Shown: positions 32,200 through 32,436 of the stretch, in pieces
How positions within the stretch are numbered: the stretch's first letter is position 1
How the letters are laid out: each line of letters begins with the position of its first letter
Origin: Octopus bimaculoides
Lineage: Eukaryota
Reading direction: 5' to 3'
Assembly (NCBI RefSeq): GCF_001194135.2
Contig: NC_068988.1
Location: 92,608,236 to 92,640,671, forward strand
DNA: 32,436 nucleotides
The notes under the pieces: generated by a model
The model's database searches: none
Told to the model about the DNA's origin: nothing
What the model saw: only the letters and a program-made list of their open reading frames with translations
Translations under genes and position numbers: made by a program

Positions 32200-32436
32200 G
32201 TTGCTGTTGACGTTACAGCTTTTATCTGCTGCTGCTAGTGTGGCTGTTGCAGCTAGGGCTTGTGTTACTGCTGTTGCTTATGCTGCTGTTCTTGCTGCTG
32301 CTGCTGTTGCCACTATTTATTGCTAGCTCCAAACAGTGAATTCTTGAAGCCGCCACCACCAGCACCACCAGCAACCGCAGCAGTAGAAACACCACTACCA
32401 GCACCAGCAACACTAGCACCAGCACCAGCACCACCA
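32200..32436. repeat. Degenerate (GCT/GTT)n tract followed by a (GCA/CCA)n tract
   Basis: Direct reading of the sequence. Confidence 0.85.

Overview
AT-rich, repeat-dense eukaryotic DNA from a gapped draft assembly (7 N-gaps, about 2.7 kb in total). The SINE families and microsatellite load look like an octopus (coleoid cephalopod) genome; this is an inference from recalled repeat sequences, not a search result. No complete protein-coding gene is present, and the long ORFs in the track are artefacts of N-runs and microsatellites. Recognisable elements: a decayed mariner transposase (1-815, -); two diverged Tx1/L1-type RT segments fused in tandem (2441-4333, -); a Tx1 endonuclease fragment (23701-23950, -); an RTE 3' end; a CR1-type RT relic; a hAT transposase relic interrupted by a SINE; a hAT/Charlie MITE with its TSD; a solo LTR inside a SINE; and about 20 copies or fragments of four tRNA-derived SINE families, labelled A-D here. 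The best leads are two minimal hammerhead-ribozyme motifs (7250-7284, -; 20476-20518, +) and a candidate first coding exon (8952-9036, -). The exon is folded into a 31-position bulge-free hairpin whose A-C mismatches fall on potential A-to-I recoding sites. Several unexplained hairpins are also listed.
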